DNA of 61,201 nucleotides, the filler included. It is 4 parts of 4 records of this genome, joined end to end, with 100 filler letters (N's around TTAATTAATTAA, not from the genome) between each part and the next. Parts side by side here need not be neighbours in the genome. Positions count along the whole stretch, not along the records: positions 1 to 20,625 come from SRR31156797_5916; positions 20,726 to 35,506 come from SRR31156797_5922; 2 more parts are not named here. One strand, 5' to 3'. The notes under the pieces were generated by a model. It saw only the letters and a list, made by a program, of their open reading frames with translations, was not told the DNA's origin and did not search any database. Positions 20,049 through 31,100 of the stretch are shown here, piece by piece. A program made the position numbers and the translations under genes. Every line of letters begins with the position of its first letter. Positions within the stretch are counted from its first letter, which is position 1.

Positions 20049-20594
20049 ATGTCGGATAAAAAAAAGGCCCAGAAACTTTCCAGGAGAGGATTCCTTTTCG
20101 GGGGATTCAGAAAAAAAGAAGACCGTGAACAGATACAGAGCGCGGCCAAGCCCATTGCAGCCAAAGAAGTCAATCTAGATACTTTGGCCGAAGCAAACGT
20201 GGCCTACGAAAACGGACGCTTTGAAGAAGCTGCCGCCAAGTACAAAGAATTCATCAAGACCGAACCGCAGAATGCCGATGCCCGCAAAAGACTCGGGCAC
20301 TGCCTGTACAATAACGAAAAATATATTCAGGCCAAAGTTGAATTCGAAAGAGCCATCCGCATCCTCGGCAAGGACAACTTTTCCTATCTATACCTAGGCC
20401 TGCTGCTCTGCCGCGCCGGGGCCGGACAAAAAGCAGTTCCGGTCTGGAAACTATATTTCGATCCTGAGAACATCACCCTGCAGCGCGAAATCAACCTGCA
20501 AATTGCGCTCATCGAATCTGATCCCGAAGCATCCTTCGAAGATGCCGCCAATATGGTGGAAAAAGTAATCGAAGAAACTGCTATGCAAGCTTAA
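20049..20594 (+). CDS. TPR-repeat protein
   Basis: TPR helices (YENGRFEEAA..., LGHCLY..., YLGLLL...). ATG 20049 follows GGAGGAG. Confidence 0.8.
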   Translation: MSDKKKAQKLSRRGFLFGGFRKKEDREQIQSAAKPIAAKEVNLDTLAEANVAYENGRFEEAAAKYKEFIKTEPQNADARKRLGHCLYNNEKYIQAKVEFERAIRILGKDNFSYLYLGLLLCRAGAGQKAVPVWKLYFDPENITLQREINLQIALIESDPEASFEDAANMVEKVIEETAMQA

Positions 20595-20597
20595 GAA

Positions 20598-20625
20598 GCC
20601 TCCGGCGGCCCTTCGGGGACCAAAG
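20598..20625 (+). repeat. Start of a probable dispersed extragenic repeat at the contig break
   Basis: GCCTCCGGCGGCCCTTCGGGGACCAAAG lies right after a stop codon at the contig end and resembles the GCCTCCGGCGGC extragenic repeats of Desulfovibrionaceae. Confidence 0.5.
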
Positions 20626-20725
20626 NNNNNNNNNNNNNNNNNNNNNNNNNNNNNNNNNNNNNNNNNNNNTTAATTAATTAANNNNNNNNNNNNNNNNNNN
20701 NNNNNNNNNNNNNNNNNNNNNNNNN
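20626..20725. other. Artificial contig linker
   Basis: N44-TTAATTAATTAA-N44, with stops in all six frames. Confidence 0.99.
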
Positions 20726-20726
20726 C

Positions 20727-22160
20727 TATGACGACAACGACATCTCCATCGAAGGCAGCACAGACATCGCCTTTACGGAAGACGTCAGCCGCCGCTTTCA
20801 GGCTTATGGCTGGCAGGTCATCAGGGTGGCCGACGGCAACGATATCGGCAGCATCGACAAGGCTGTCACCAATGCCAAAGCGGAAAAAGATCGCCCCACC
20901 CTGATCATGATCAAATCTCACATAGGCTTCGGAAGCCCCAAGCAGGATACTGCTTCGGCACACGGCGAACCTCTGGGCGCGGAAGCCATCAAGGCCACCC
21001 GTGAATTTTACGGATGGCCTGCGGACAGCTCTTTCAGCATCCCGGCCGACGTGCCCAAATACCTGTCCGGACTTATGAATAAAAAAGCGGACCAGGAAGA
21101 AGATTGGAATAAAACCTTTGAAGCTTACAGCCAATCATTCAAGGAAGAGGCCGATGCCTTTACCCGCCAGATGAAAGGCGAACTGCCCGCGGGTTGGGAA
21201 GAGAACCTGCCTGTGTTTGGCAATGATTCCGCCATGGCTACCCGCGCCGCTTCGGGCAAGGTCCTTAACGCCCTGTCCGGCGTCTTGTCAAACATGATCG
21301 GCGGTTCAGCCGACCTCGCGCCTTCAAACAAAACTTTTCTTGACGGGTACCCGGCATTCGGAGCAGGCCAGTCCGGTGCCCGGAATATTCACTTCGGCGT
21401 CAGGGAGCATGCCATGGGCGCCATGGTCAACGGCATGGCTCTCCACGGCGGATTAATACCGTACTGTGGAACCTTTTTCGTATTCTCCGATTATATGCGT
21501 CCGGCTATTCGCCTGGCCGCCCTGATGAACGTTCCGTCCATCTTCGTGTTTACACACGACAGTATCGGCGTGGGCGAAGACGGCCCCACTCATCAACCCA
21601 TTGAACATCTGGCTGCGTTAAGGGCAATACCGAACATGACGGTAATCAGGCCGGCCGACGCCAATGAAACAGCCAAGGCCTGGAAATGCGCGCTCGAAAA
21701 TAACGGGCCGACAGCCCTGATTCTTACGCGCCAGAAACTGCCGGTTTTATCCCCGGATAATGCAGCAGCCGCTTCAGGCGCTTACATACTTCGCGATGCG
21801 GATGATAAGCCGGACATTATTCTTATCGGCTCGGGCTCTGAAACCCATGCCGCACTGGCGGCCGCAGACATTTTGGCCGAAGAAGGAATCAAGCCAAGGG
21901 TCGTGTCCATGCCCTCCTGGGAATTGTTCGCCGCCCAGTCTCCCGAATACCAGGAAGAAATCCTGCCCGCCGGCGTCGCCGCCAGGCTGGCCGTCGAAGC
22001 CGGTACTTCCTTTGGCTGGAGGCGCTGGGTTGGTCCGGGCGGAGATGTAATAGCAATAGATGGTTTCGGCCATTCCGCGCCCGGCGGAGAAATCTTCAAG
22101 GCCCATGGCTTTACCGCGGAAAATATAGCCGCCAAGGCCAGGGAAATCCTGAAGCGTTAA
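20727..22160 (+). CDS. tkt: Transketolase, 5'-truncated by the contig edge
   Basis: Frame is open from the contig edge (YDDNDISIEG). Contains HGEPLG, GGSADL, FGVREHAM and GEDGPTHQP. Confidence 0.95.
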   Translation, partial: YDDNDISIEGSTDIAFTEDVSRRFQAYGWQVIRVADGNDIGSIDKAVTNAKAEKDRPTLIMIKSHIGFGSPKQDTASAHGEPLGAEAIKATREFYGWPADSSFSIPADVPKYLSGLMNKKADQEEDWNKTFEAYSQSFKEEADAFTRQMKGELPAGWEENLPVFGNDSAMATRAASGKVLNALSGVLSNMIGGSADLAPSNKTFLDGYPAFGAGQSGARNIHFGVREHAMGAMVNGMALHGGLIPYCGTFFVFSDYMRPAIRLAALMNVPSIFVFTHDSIGVGEDGPTHQPIEHLAALRAIPNMTVIRPADANETAKAWKCALENNGPTALILTRQKLPVLSPDNAAAASGAYILRDADDKPDIILIGSGSETHAALAAADILAEEGIKPRVVSMPSWELFAAQSPEYQEEILPAGVAARLAVEAGTSFGWRRWVGPGGDVIAIDGFGHSAPGGEIFKAHGFTAENIAAKAREILKR

Positions 22161-22189
22161 TAGATTTATATCTAAGTAATTGCAGACAC

Positions 22190-22222
22190 AAAAAAAGCCG
22201 CGTCTTCATCAGGCGCGGCTTT
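22190..22222. terminator. Intrinsic terminator between convergent tkt and epimerase genes
   Basis: AAAGCCGCG / CGCGGCTTT hairpin with an A7 run on the left, a T-run for the minus strand. Confidence 0.75.
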
Positions 22223-22279
22223 GGTATATATCGTTACTAATACTAAAACAACAGCAGCAATTTTCCTAATTATTCAATT

Positions 22280-22303
22280 GTAGGGGCACGGCGTGCCGTG
22301 CCC
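22280..22303 (+). repeat. GTAG-family REP-like palindrome
   Basis: GTAG followed by GGGCACGGC-GT-GCCGTGCCC, a perfect 9-bp stem. Confidence 0.65.
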
Positions 22304-22362
22304 ATCTTAAGCCCTGATCAATTGTAGATTGTTCTTATGAAACACAATAATATGGCGGACGC

Positions 22363-23232
22363 TCAGGCCAGGGCTTCTTCAACCGCTTGTTTCAATTCTT
22401 CATAAAATGATTCAAGTGAAACGCCTTGGTAATTGAGCAGCTGTTGAGATTCCAACGTGTCATACCAGTTAAGCCAACCCGGTCGATCGAGAAAAGTCAT
22501 CTCGTCGTAGGGGATATCCATTATTTCAGACCATTTACGGACATAACTCTCGCCGGTGACCTGCCAGGTCGGTCCGCCGGAAATGATATGGGTCTTATTG
22601 AGTGCGCCGTGGGCTTCGACCAGGTTGACCATGGCCCTGACCAGATCTGATAAGGCCACAAGCTCTATGCGTTGGTCGGGCATAAAAGGCCACGGCTCCG
22701 GCGGATCCAGAAATTCGGGAATGGCAATGGCTGAAATGCGAAGATTCACCCAGGGAAGGCCGGAATGCATCAGCAGGTTTTCCGCTTCAACCTTGCTTTC
22801 CGCATAAATATCATTGGGGTTGGTTGGAAAATCCGGTCCGAGCGGCTCTTTTTCCTGGCTGGCGTCTCCAAAAACCGAAATCGAAGAGGCAAAGACAATG
22901 TTGGGCGGTTTTTGAGCTTTTTTGCAGGCTTCCAATATCGCCGCCGTTCCGTCAACATTAACCTTGAAGGTCCTGGCGCGGTCTTCTTCACTAAAGGGGG
23001 GCAGAATCGCGGCCAGATGAAAGAGCCAGTCCGGGCCTTCAATTACCGGCGCCAGGGCTTCGGGATCAAGAATGTCGCCCGGGCAGATGTTTGTATTTTC
23101 CCATCCGTCAAAAAAACTGAAATCGCATCCCGGAAGGTCCAAAAGCGTCAGAGAATGGCCTTGCCCGCGTAATGCCTGGGCCAGGGTTCTGCCGAAATTG
23201 CCGGCGCCTCCGGTAATTAGTATGTCGGCCAT
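22363..23232 (-). CDS. NAD-dependent epimerase/dehydratase (extended SDR)
   Basis: ITGGAGNFG, HLAA and YAESK motifs. Confidence 0.88.
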   Translation of the reverse strand: MADILITGGAGNFGRTLAQALRGQGHSLTLLDLPGCDFSFFDGWENTNICPGDILDPEALAPVIEGPDWLFHLAAILPPFSEEDRARTFKVNVDGTAAILEACKKAQKPPNIVFASSISVFGDASQEKEPLGPDFPTNPNDIYAESKVEAENLLMHSGLPWVNLRISAIAIPEFLDPPEPWPFMPDQRIELVALSDLVRAMVNLVEAHGALNKTHIISGGPTWQVTGESYVRKWSEIMDIPYDEMTFLDRPGWLNWYDTLESQQLLNYQGVSLESFYEELKQAVEEALA

Positions 23233-23328
23233 AATAATTCCCTTTACTATTCTGGTTTATTTACGGTTATTAAGTAATTCTTACAACGGATCTCCTTTAA
23301 GTTCCTTGAAAAACGCTCACACGGGTAA

Positions 23329-23607
23329 TCATCCGCCCACAAGCAAAGGCACGAATTTTATTTCCTCGTTATCATTCAGAAGGATTTCCCGGTCTTCGTG
23401 ATCCCGTCCTTCCCCGACAACCAAAACAGAACCCTTAAAAAAGTTTTTTTCCGAATCCCAGAGCTTTTCCTTGAACATCGGGCCGTATTCGCGGCCGATT
23501 TCCTTTAATAAATCGCCATAGGTCGATCCGTTGGGAAGTTCGAAATCCACGGTCTCCCTCCCGATTTGCAGTCCAAGCGGGCCGAGAAACATAACTCTGA
23601 CTTGCAT
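23329..23607 (-). CDS. MoaD/ThiS-family sulfur carrier
   Basis: 92-aa beta-grasp-like protein ending in PLLVGG. Confidence 0.85.
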   Translation of the reverse strand: MQVRVMFLGPLGLQIGRETVDFELPNGSTYGDLLKEIGREYGPMFKEKLWDSEKNFFKGSVLVVGEGRDHEDREILLNDNEEIKFVPLLVGG

Positions 23608-23636
23608 AATTCATCACCCGGCTTTCAAATATCGGG

Positions 23637-23972
23637 TCAGGTCATTATCACTGTTCTTTCCTTTAAACCGGAGGCCAATGTCTTGGTTGCGCTTACAAAC
23701 GATTCTATCTTATCTTTTACGTCATCGGCGTCGTCCGGCGTGTCTTCCCAGACTTCTTCCAGGTATTCGGCTGCTTCCTTTATGGGAAAGGCCATGCTTG
23801 TACCATTTTTGGTCCTCAGCGTGGCCTTGCTTTTAAGCAGATCCAATGTGTCGCAGGCGCCGGCCAGTTCATCCAGCACCTGGTCTCCGTCCAGCACGCC
23901 GGACGACTTGATTTCCTCAAGTAATTTTCTGGTTAGTTCAAGAGAGTTGATAACTAATTCCTTACCATTCAC
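23637..23972 (-). CDS. Hypothetical small acidic helical protein
   Basis: GTG start after GAGG, same orientation as the AOR cluster. Confidence 0.65.
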   Translation of the reverse strand: MNGKELVINSLELTRKLLEEIKSSGVLDGDQVLDELAGACDTLDLLKSKATLRTKNGTSMAFPIKEAAEYLEEVWEDTPDDADDVKDKIESFVSATKTLASGLKERTVIMT

Positions 23973-24088
23973 TTTTCACCTCTTCCCGGGGCAGCGACGA
24001 TTTTTAATTGCGCCCCTGATTCGCAATATTCTACCAATAAAAATTGCAAATTGAAAACTACTTACTGCCGATAGCGGCAGGTAATGGC

Positions 24089-24126
24089 AAAAAAATGGCG
24101 AGGACGGCGTGCAGCCTGTCCTCGCC
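24089..24126 (-). terminator. Intrinsic terminator after the AOR gene
   Basis: GGCGAGGAC / GTCCTCGCC stem followed by T7 on the minus strand. Confidence 0.75.
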
Positions 24127-24136
24127 TTTGAAGGGA

Positions 24137-25993
24137 TTACAATCCTAATTCGTCCGCGGCCGGCCCCAGGCCCAGCATCTCAAGTCGAGCGCGGGTGGGG
24201 ACGCCATTATCGTCCCATCCTCTGAGTTGATAGTATTCATTAAGTTGAAATTCCAGGTCCGCGGCTTTACCGGCCGAACCGCCGTCAGGCAACGGCGTGA
24301 TCAGTCGTTTGGGCAAAGTGTCGTCCTTTCGGGTTATTCCCTCGCGATATGAGAAAGCCCTTTGCAGGTTGACTATGCGCTCGCCCGCCTGGAGAATGGT
24401 TTGGGTGTTGTGGGGCTGTCCGGCCACGATGCCGAGAAGCATACCCACGTGGGATGGCTGCAAGGCCATGCCGGCGAACATGCACATGGCCGTGGAATTG
24501 TGTACGGCCGCAACATCCTGGGCCACCTTGGCCGCCAGTCCTTTTTGTTTTTTATCGTGCCGGCCCTGCTTGTAATGCAGGCCGGCTTCAGGGGATATCA
24601 CCGCCATTTCAACAGTGTACGATCCGCCTTGCACGTGGCAGGCCCCTCGCGGGCCGGTGGCGTAATTCACGGCCAGGCTGAAATAGCAGCGGGGGTCGTG
24701 CATGGGCACTTCCAGGCCCTTGACCTGTATGGCGTATTCTTCCGAACCCTGGCCGACCTCCTGGGAAGCAATGCGGGTTCCCTTGTCAAGGAGCGCGCCG
24801 AAACCTTCCACCTTGCACATTTGGTCAAGCACTTCGAGCGTTGCGTCAACATTGCCCCAGGTCAGATCCAGGCCCCCGGTGTCCTCTTTAGTCAGTGCGC
24901 CTTTTTCATAAGCTTCCATGGCCCAGGCAATTGTGCAGCCGGCGGAAATCGTATCCAGACCGGCGTTGTTGCACATTTCACCCATCCAGGACACTGCTTC
25001 CAGGTCGTCAATAAGGCACATGGTGCCCAGGGCGCCTAATGTTTCATATTCCGGGCCCGGCCCTTCGTATTTGAAACGGCCTTCGGGAATTTCAACCCAC
25101 CTTGCGCAACGTATGGGGCAATTGTAGCAGGCGCCGCCGTGGGGTTTGAGAATGGTGTCGGCCATTTTGGCCCCGCCCAGGTTGACGCAGCCTTCCTGCC
25201 ACAGGCCCACCTGCCAGTTTTTGATGGGCACGTCTCCGGCGGCCCATCCCATGTCCATGCTGAAAGCCGTGCCCCACTTGGTAAAGAAGCCGGCAAACGG
25301 GTCTTCGGCCACACCGTTGTTTATTTCCTGGGCCATGATTTTAAGGAAATCGTCGGCCGCCGGATTTATTTTCTGGGTTCCGAGGCAGACGATGGCCTTC
25401 AGGTTCTTTGAACCCATAACCGCGCCCAATCCCCCGCGGCCGGCCGCCCGTCCTTCATCGTTCATAATGCATGAAATATTGGCCAGACCTTCTCCGGCCC
25501 GGCCTATGCCGGCGACGCGGGCTCTCTTTTTCGGCGCGCGCTCCTTTAGTATTTCCTGGGTATCATAAAAGTCCTTGCCCCAGAGATCGGAAGCGTCCTT
25601 TAAGGTTACGCCTTCATCAAGCATCTCCAGGTAAACCGGTTTTGGAGATTTACCTTCAAAGATTATGCCGTCATACCCGGTTTTCTTCAGTTCAACCCCC
25701 CAGAAGCCTGAAGATGTGGCCGTGCTTATAATTCCGGTCAATGGCGATTTGCCGCCAACCGTAAAGCGGCCCGAAGTAGGGAACCTTGTTCCGGTCACCG
25801 GACCGGTCATGAAAATAAGCTTGTTGTTTTCGCCCAATGGATCGGTGTTGGCAGGCACTTCGTCATAAAGATGCCTTGTGGCGAATCCGGCGCCGCCGAT
25901 ATAAGTTTGAGCAATACCAGGATCGATTTCCTCCGTGGTCATGTTTCCGGAGGAAAGGTTTACGCGCAAAATTTTACCCATGTATCCAAACAT
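24137..25993 (-). CDS. aor: Tungsten-dependent aldehyde:ferredoxin oxidoreductase family
   Basis: KSPLTG, GRGGLGAVMGSKNLKA, CYNCPIRC, GPEYET, GLDTIS and RGACH motifs. Confidence 0.93.
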   Translation of the reverse strand: MFGYMGKILRVNLSSGNMTTEEIDPGIAQTYIGGAGFATRHLYDEVPANTDPLGENNKLIFMTGPVTGTRFPTSGRFTVGGKSPLTGIISTATSSGFWGVELKKTGYDGIIFEGKSPKPVYLEMLDEGVTLKDASDLWGKDFYDTQEILKERAPKKRARVAGIGRAGEGLANISCIMNDEGRAAGRGGLGAVMGSKNLKAIVCLGTQKINPAADDFLKIMAQEINNGVAEDPFAGFFTKWGTAFSMDMGWAAGDVPIKNWQVGLWQEGCVNLGGAKMADTILKPHGGACYNCPIRCARWVEIPEGRFKYEGPGPEYETLGALGTMCLIDDLEAVSWMGEMCNNAGLDTISAGCTIAWAMEAYEKGALTKEDTGGLDLTWGNVDATLEVLDQMCKVEGFGALLDKGTRIASQEVGQGSEEYAIQVKGLEVPMHDPRCYFSLAVNYATGPRGACHVQGGSYTVEMAVISPEAGLHYKQGRHDKKQKGLAAKVAQDVAAVHNSTAMCMFAGMALQPSHVGMLLGIVAGQPHNTQTILQAGERIVNLQRAFSYREGITRKDDTLPKRLITPLPDGGSAGKAADLEFQLNEYYQLRGWDDNGVPTRARLEMLGLGPAADELGL

Positions 25994-26004
25994 AGCCTTA
26001 CCTC

Positions 26005-27327
26005 CTATGGCGCTCTCATGTCTTCAAGGTCAACTTCATCTTCACGCTTGAACCCGCCAGGCGGATAGACATCGCCCTTTTTTGCCAAAAGTTTGCCGAT
26101 CTTGGTTCCAACCGGTTCGGTATTGCATAGGAATGGAGTTGCATCCTCGGCCGGCGGAACTTCGATCAGTTCGTATTCGCGGGTTCCAAGGCCGATTTTC
26201 TGGCCGACATTTGGTTGAATTTCCTCGCTCACCCCTATGAATGAACCGCAGGCGGCAAACTTGGGCAGGCCCGGGTCCATAACGCCTTTTTGCATGGCCA
26301 GGGAATCAGGCATGCCCGCCGATTCTTTCGATTTTTGGATACAGGCCGAATCAAGCGCCACAGGATCCCAGGAAGCGAAAAGTCCGAGGTTGGGAATAAT
26401 CGGCCGATCGCTGAAATTGACGCAGTCGCACCATGGTGTAATGTCCAGGGCGAAATTGATGAAGCCGACTTTATCCGGTCCGCCGATGGCTTTGACAGTT
26501 GCCAGGGCCGAATCCGTAATGGCCGCGGCGGTCATGTCAAAGAAATCATCCGGCAGAAAGGCCACGCCGCACATGGTGACCACGCCGACGCAGGCCAGGC
26601 AGCCGATGCATTTATCCCTGTGAAATTCAACCGAGTCTTTAGTATGGACAATAGCGTTGGCCGGGCAGAGATTAAGACATGTTTCGTAATCAGGGCATTC
26701 TTCCTTGATGCAGCGTTCCGGCATCCAGTGTCGGGCGCAAAGGCCGTACCTGGGATGCCCGCCAAGGTGCAGATTGAACTTGCCGCGTTTTGAGGCGCAG
26801 CCAACGCCTATGTTCTTAAGCGCCCCTCCATAAGTGCCCATGGGATGGCCCTTGAAGTGGCTGAGAGCTATCATGCTGTCGGCAAGGGCGATCGCTGTGC
26901 CGATGTACTGTTCCTTAAGGATAAAGCCCTCCGGAAGGTCGACTCTCATGTCATCGGTTCCGATGTAACCATCGGCAATGATAATGGGGCAGCCCATGGC
27001 GTCCGGCGTGAAGCCGTTCCTGGCCACGGTTTTCAGGTAGTCAAGGGCCGTGGCCCTGGAAGAATATGGCCAGTAGGGCAGGGTGGTCGTGTCCACGACC
27101 ATGGGATCGCCGCCCAGGCTTTTGATTTTTTCAACAAGTCCGCGAACGTAAACCGGTCTCAGGTAGGCCGTGTTGTTCCATTCGCCCATGTGGAGTTTAA
27201 TTGCTACAACATCTCCAGGTTTTATCATCTCCTCAAATCCCGCGGCTTCAAACAGCGTAATCGTTTTGGCCACAAGGCTTGTCTGAATTGAGGTTGATCG
27301 ATCGTTCATGAAGAAAACCTTCGCCAT
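26005..27327 (-). CDS. DUF362 domain protein with a ferredoxin-like Fe-S insert
   Basis: VAIKLHMGE, SHFKGH, GGALKN, CIGCLAC, DITPWCDC and DPVALD motifs. Confidence 0.85.
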   Translation of the reverse strand: MAKVFFMNDRSTSIQTSLVAKTITLFEAAGFEEMIKPGDVVAIKLHMGEWNNTAYLRPVYVRGLVEKIKSLGGDPMVVDTTTLPYWPYSSRATALDYLKTVARNGFTPDAMGCPIIIADGYIGTDDMRVDLPEGFILKEQYIGTAIALADSMIALSHFKGHPMGTYGGALKNIGVGCASKRGKFNLHLGGHPRYGLCARHWMPERCIKEECPDYETCLNLCPANAIVHTKDSVEFHRDKCIGCLACVGVVTMCGVAFLPDDFFDMTAAAITDSALATVKAIGGPDKVGFINFALDITPWCDCVNFSDRPIIPNLGLFASWDPVALDSACIQKSKESAGMPDSLAMQKGVMDPGLPKFAACGSFIGVSEEIQPNVGQKIGLGTREYELIEVPPAEDATPFLCNTEPVGTKIGKLLAKKGDVYPPGGFKREDEVDLEDMRAP

Positions 27328-28106
27328 TATTTAACCTCCTTGTGTTGAAAAGCGTCGACTGGGCAAAGGCCCCGGCGCCTTTTTAGGTATTTTGCTGGAT
27401 CGAAACGCTTTGCCGAAACCTCCTTCCGGACGGTGAAAGCCGCCTTTGACGATATTTTTCCAAGCATTTAACCGGCGCGCAATTCCCTATGACGCCGAAA
27501 ATATTTCATAAGAAGTTGATTTCAAGAGAAAGTTCAATTGAAACCGCCCATGAAAAAATGACATGGCCGCTTAAGAATTATGTCAAGTTAGATATAATTA
27601 AATTGCTGTAATTATTGGAATAATACGATAAAGGTTGGCATATGTCAATAATGATGATCTTCAGGCGTTGCTTGGAGGCGCAACTCCGCTGTTTTAAGTT
27701 GAGGCAATAGGTCAAATGATATGCTACTGGAATCGGTCATTTTGATTTGTCATTGGAAATTGAAAAAAAGATCCATTGCATTGAAAAAATACCTTTATTC
27801 GGATATAACTCAATTGGGGAAAGTCCTTGGTAATATGGCACTGAAAACGTGGGACTCCACTCATAACTATTCATAATAATATCAATTTCTTTTTGTTTTC
27901 AGTATTCTTGCACTAATTCACCTTAAAGTTTTTGAACTCCGCTTTTCGTAGATCCAAATGTCAGAAACCATATACCGTGGCGTCGAATAACGAGAAAATA
28001 TTTAAATACTAAAAATATCAGGCAATTAAAGTTTAGGTGGCCTGACTGGTTGAAAATCGGTTCACCGCATAAAAGTAATTATAATAAAACTTGGGAGTTA
28101 TAAGAA

Positions 28107-31100
28107 ATGTACAAAACTCCTAAATTCTCCTTTACTGTATTAGTCTTATTTATAGTGATTGCGGCGATAAAAAGTCTATGGCCGTTTCAGTTATTCGCCA
28201 TGGACCCTGAAAAAAAACTGTCACTTCATAGAGAAAAGAAAAGTATCACCGTTGCGTACTGCAATGACAGCCCGCCTTTTCACTACCAGGATGAGTCCGG
28301 ACAGCCCGCCGGACTGCTTATCGACTATTGGAAGCTGTGGTCTGAAAAAACATGGATCACAATTATTTTCAAGCCGGCCGCCTGGGATGAAACGCTAGAG
28401 TTGGTTAAAACCGGGCAGGTAGACGCCCATGCCGGCCTTTTCTACAGCAAAGAGCGGGACGAATATCTTTTATACAGCGAGCCTATCAGCAAAACGGACA
28501 CCCACCTTTTCTACCATAAAACCCTGCCCGCCCCTCAAGATGTCAAGGACGCCGTTCCATATCGGGTGGGGGTTATTTCCAAAGACTTTGTAGAAGGCTA
28601 TATAAAGGAAAAAGCACCCCGGGCTGCCCTGGTTCCTTTTCAAACCTATGACGAAATGATGGAGAGTCTGCGGAATGGCGAGCTTAAAATGTTCGCCGCC
28701 GACACCCTGACCGGGTTGTACAAATTGCAGAAAAGCGGGTTGGCTCAATACTATAAATACCGGAGCACCCAGCCTTTGTACCAAAACAACTGGTTTTTTG
28801 CCGTGGCCGAGGGGCGGGAAGACCTCATACGGCGCATCAATAGTGGTTTGGCTCTTATCACCAGGGATGAGAGACTTCTGATCAACCGCAGTTGGGCCGG
28901 CGGGACCAAATCAGGAGAGGCCGGGGACTTGATTGTGGCCATTGATAGCAACTATCCGCCGTTCTCCCTGGTGGGGCCGGACGGTAATCCCACGGGCCTT
29001 CTGGTGGAGATGTGGGAACTTTGGAGTAAGGCTGCCGGCATCCCCATACGTTTCAGGCCAAGCTCGTGGGCGGAAACCATCGAGGCCGTGAAAAACGGGG
29101 AAGCCGATGTGCATTTCGGCCTTTTCATAAACGAGGAACGGAAGGAGTGGCTGAATTTTTCATCGCCGCTGCATGAGATTCGAACCGCCCTGTATTTTCG
29201 GGCCGGTCAGGGAGAACCTCTTTCTCTCGCCGAATTGGCCGGCCAAAAGGTCGGCGTCTTGAAAGGCTCTTTCCAGGAAGCCTGGCTCAGGAGCAAATAC
29301 CCGAACCTCGAGGTAATCGATTACATCGATGGTGAAGGCATGGTCATCGCACTGATTAAAGGAGAGATCGCGGCTATAGTCCACGAAGTGCCTGGAGTTG
29401 AAGCCGCCGTAAACATGCTTGGCCTCAAGGGCGCATTGATAAGGGGCGAAGATCTCTTTGGAAACACTGTCCATGCCGGCGTCCGTAGGGACCGTCCCCT
29501 GTTGCTGAAGGCGATCGAAAATGGTTTCTCAATGGTCGACCGGGAAAAACTTGCCGAACTGGATAAGCGTTGGATAGCCAATCCGGAAGATCGATACTAT
29601 CATTCCGTCACGAGCAAAATGCGGCTTACGGAGGAGGAAAATGCGTTCCTTCAATCTCACCCGAAAATCCGCATCGGCGTCATGGCCGCCTGGCCGCCTA
29701 TGAACTTCGTGGACGATACAGGTCAGCCGAGCGGTCTCGGTGCGGACTATGTCAAAGCCCTGAACCTAAAACTGGACGGTGTGCTGGAGATCGAGCCCGG
29801 GCCCTTCAAGGAGAACCTGGAACAGGTCAAATCCAGGAAGCTCGACGCTCTAATGGATGTAACGCCCAAGCCCGAGCGTGAGGAATTCCTCAATTTCACC
29901 CGCTCCTATCTGGCCATCCCCCACGTTATCGTGGCCCGGCAGGACGGCCCCTATTACGGTTCCGAGACAGAACTGAATGGAAAGACCCTGGCCCTGGAAA
30001 CAGGCTTCTACAATGTCAAGTATTTCCGGCAAAAATACCCGGGCGTGAAAGTGGAAGAATACCCCAACACCGCCATGGCCCTGGACGCTGTATCAAGGGG
30101 CAAGGCCGACGCCTATGCGGGCAACAGGGCTGTGGCCAACTGGATACTGGAAAAGGAACTCATTAGCAACCTCCAGGTCCAGGGCAGGCTTAGCAAGCCT
30201 AGCGCCATATTAGCCATTGGCGTGCGCAAGGACTGGCCCGAGTTGGCCTCTATCCTGGACAAGGCCCTGGCCTCAATGTCTGTGGATGAGGTCAGGGCGA
30301 TCCACCGCCGGTGGGCCGGCCTGGGCGCCGAAGAGACGGCCGACCAGCGCCTGGTACTGACCGACGAGGAAAAGTCGTGGTTGAAAGCCCATCAAAAGCT
30401 GCGTCTGGGAATCGATCCCACCTGGCCTCCCGTAGAATTTTTTAATGAAAATAAAGAGTATGTCGGAATCGCCTCGGGCTTTGTAAAAGCCATGGAAAAG
30501 AAATTAGGCCTGACCTTTGATCCAGCCCTAGGGCTCTCCTGGCCTCAGGTCATAGAAGGTCTTAAGAACAAGGATTTGGATGCGGTGGCCGCGGTAGCCC
30601 GCACCCCGGAGCGCGAGGATTACCTCGTTTTCACTAAACCGTACGTCACGTTTCCCGCAGTGGTCGTCACCCAGAAAGACGCTCCGTTTGTGTCGGAGAT
30701 TGGAGACCTGGCGGGTAAAAAAGTCGGGGTAATCGAGGGATATGCAGTTCAGGGATATCTCAAGGATAATTTCCCTGGTATCAGGATCGAGCCCAGGTCG
30801 AACTTGACGGAGCTTCTTCGCTCCATCTCCGTAGGCGAGTTGGACGCCGTCGTCTGCAGCCTTGCCGCGGTGACCTACGGCATAGACCACCAGGGTATTA
30901 CCAACCTCAGGATTGCCGCAACGACCGACTTCTCATACAAACTCAGCATGGGAGTCCGTAAAGACTGGCCGGAACTGGCCTTGATCCTTGACAAGGCCTT
31001 TGATGCAATGACCGCGGCCGAGAAAGCAGAGATAAAAAACCGTTGGGTGTCTATCCAGTACATTCAGGGCCTGAAGCTGCGTACGGTTCTTAAATGGGCC

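Noticed and set aside
20626-20725. TTAATTAATTAA palindrome occurring three times in the window
   Set aside because: Artificial six-frame-stop spacer inside N runs, not biological. ORFs ending in X...LIN are artefacts of it.
27328-28106. 779-bp AT-rich intergenic region inspected for Moco/Wco or c-di-GMP riboswitches and small ORFs
   Set aside because: No convincing aptamer core or coding signal by eye. It is best read as divergent promoters. An Infernal/Rfam scan would be decisive.
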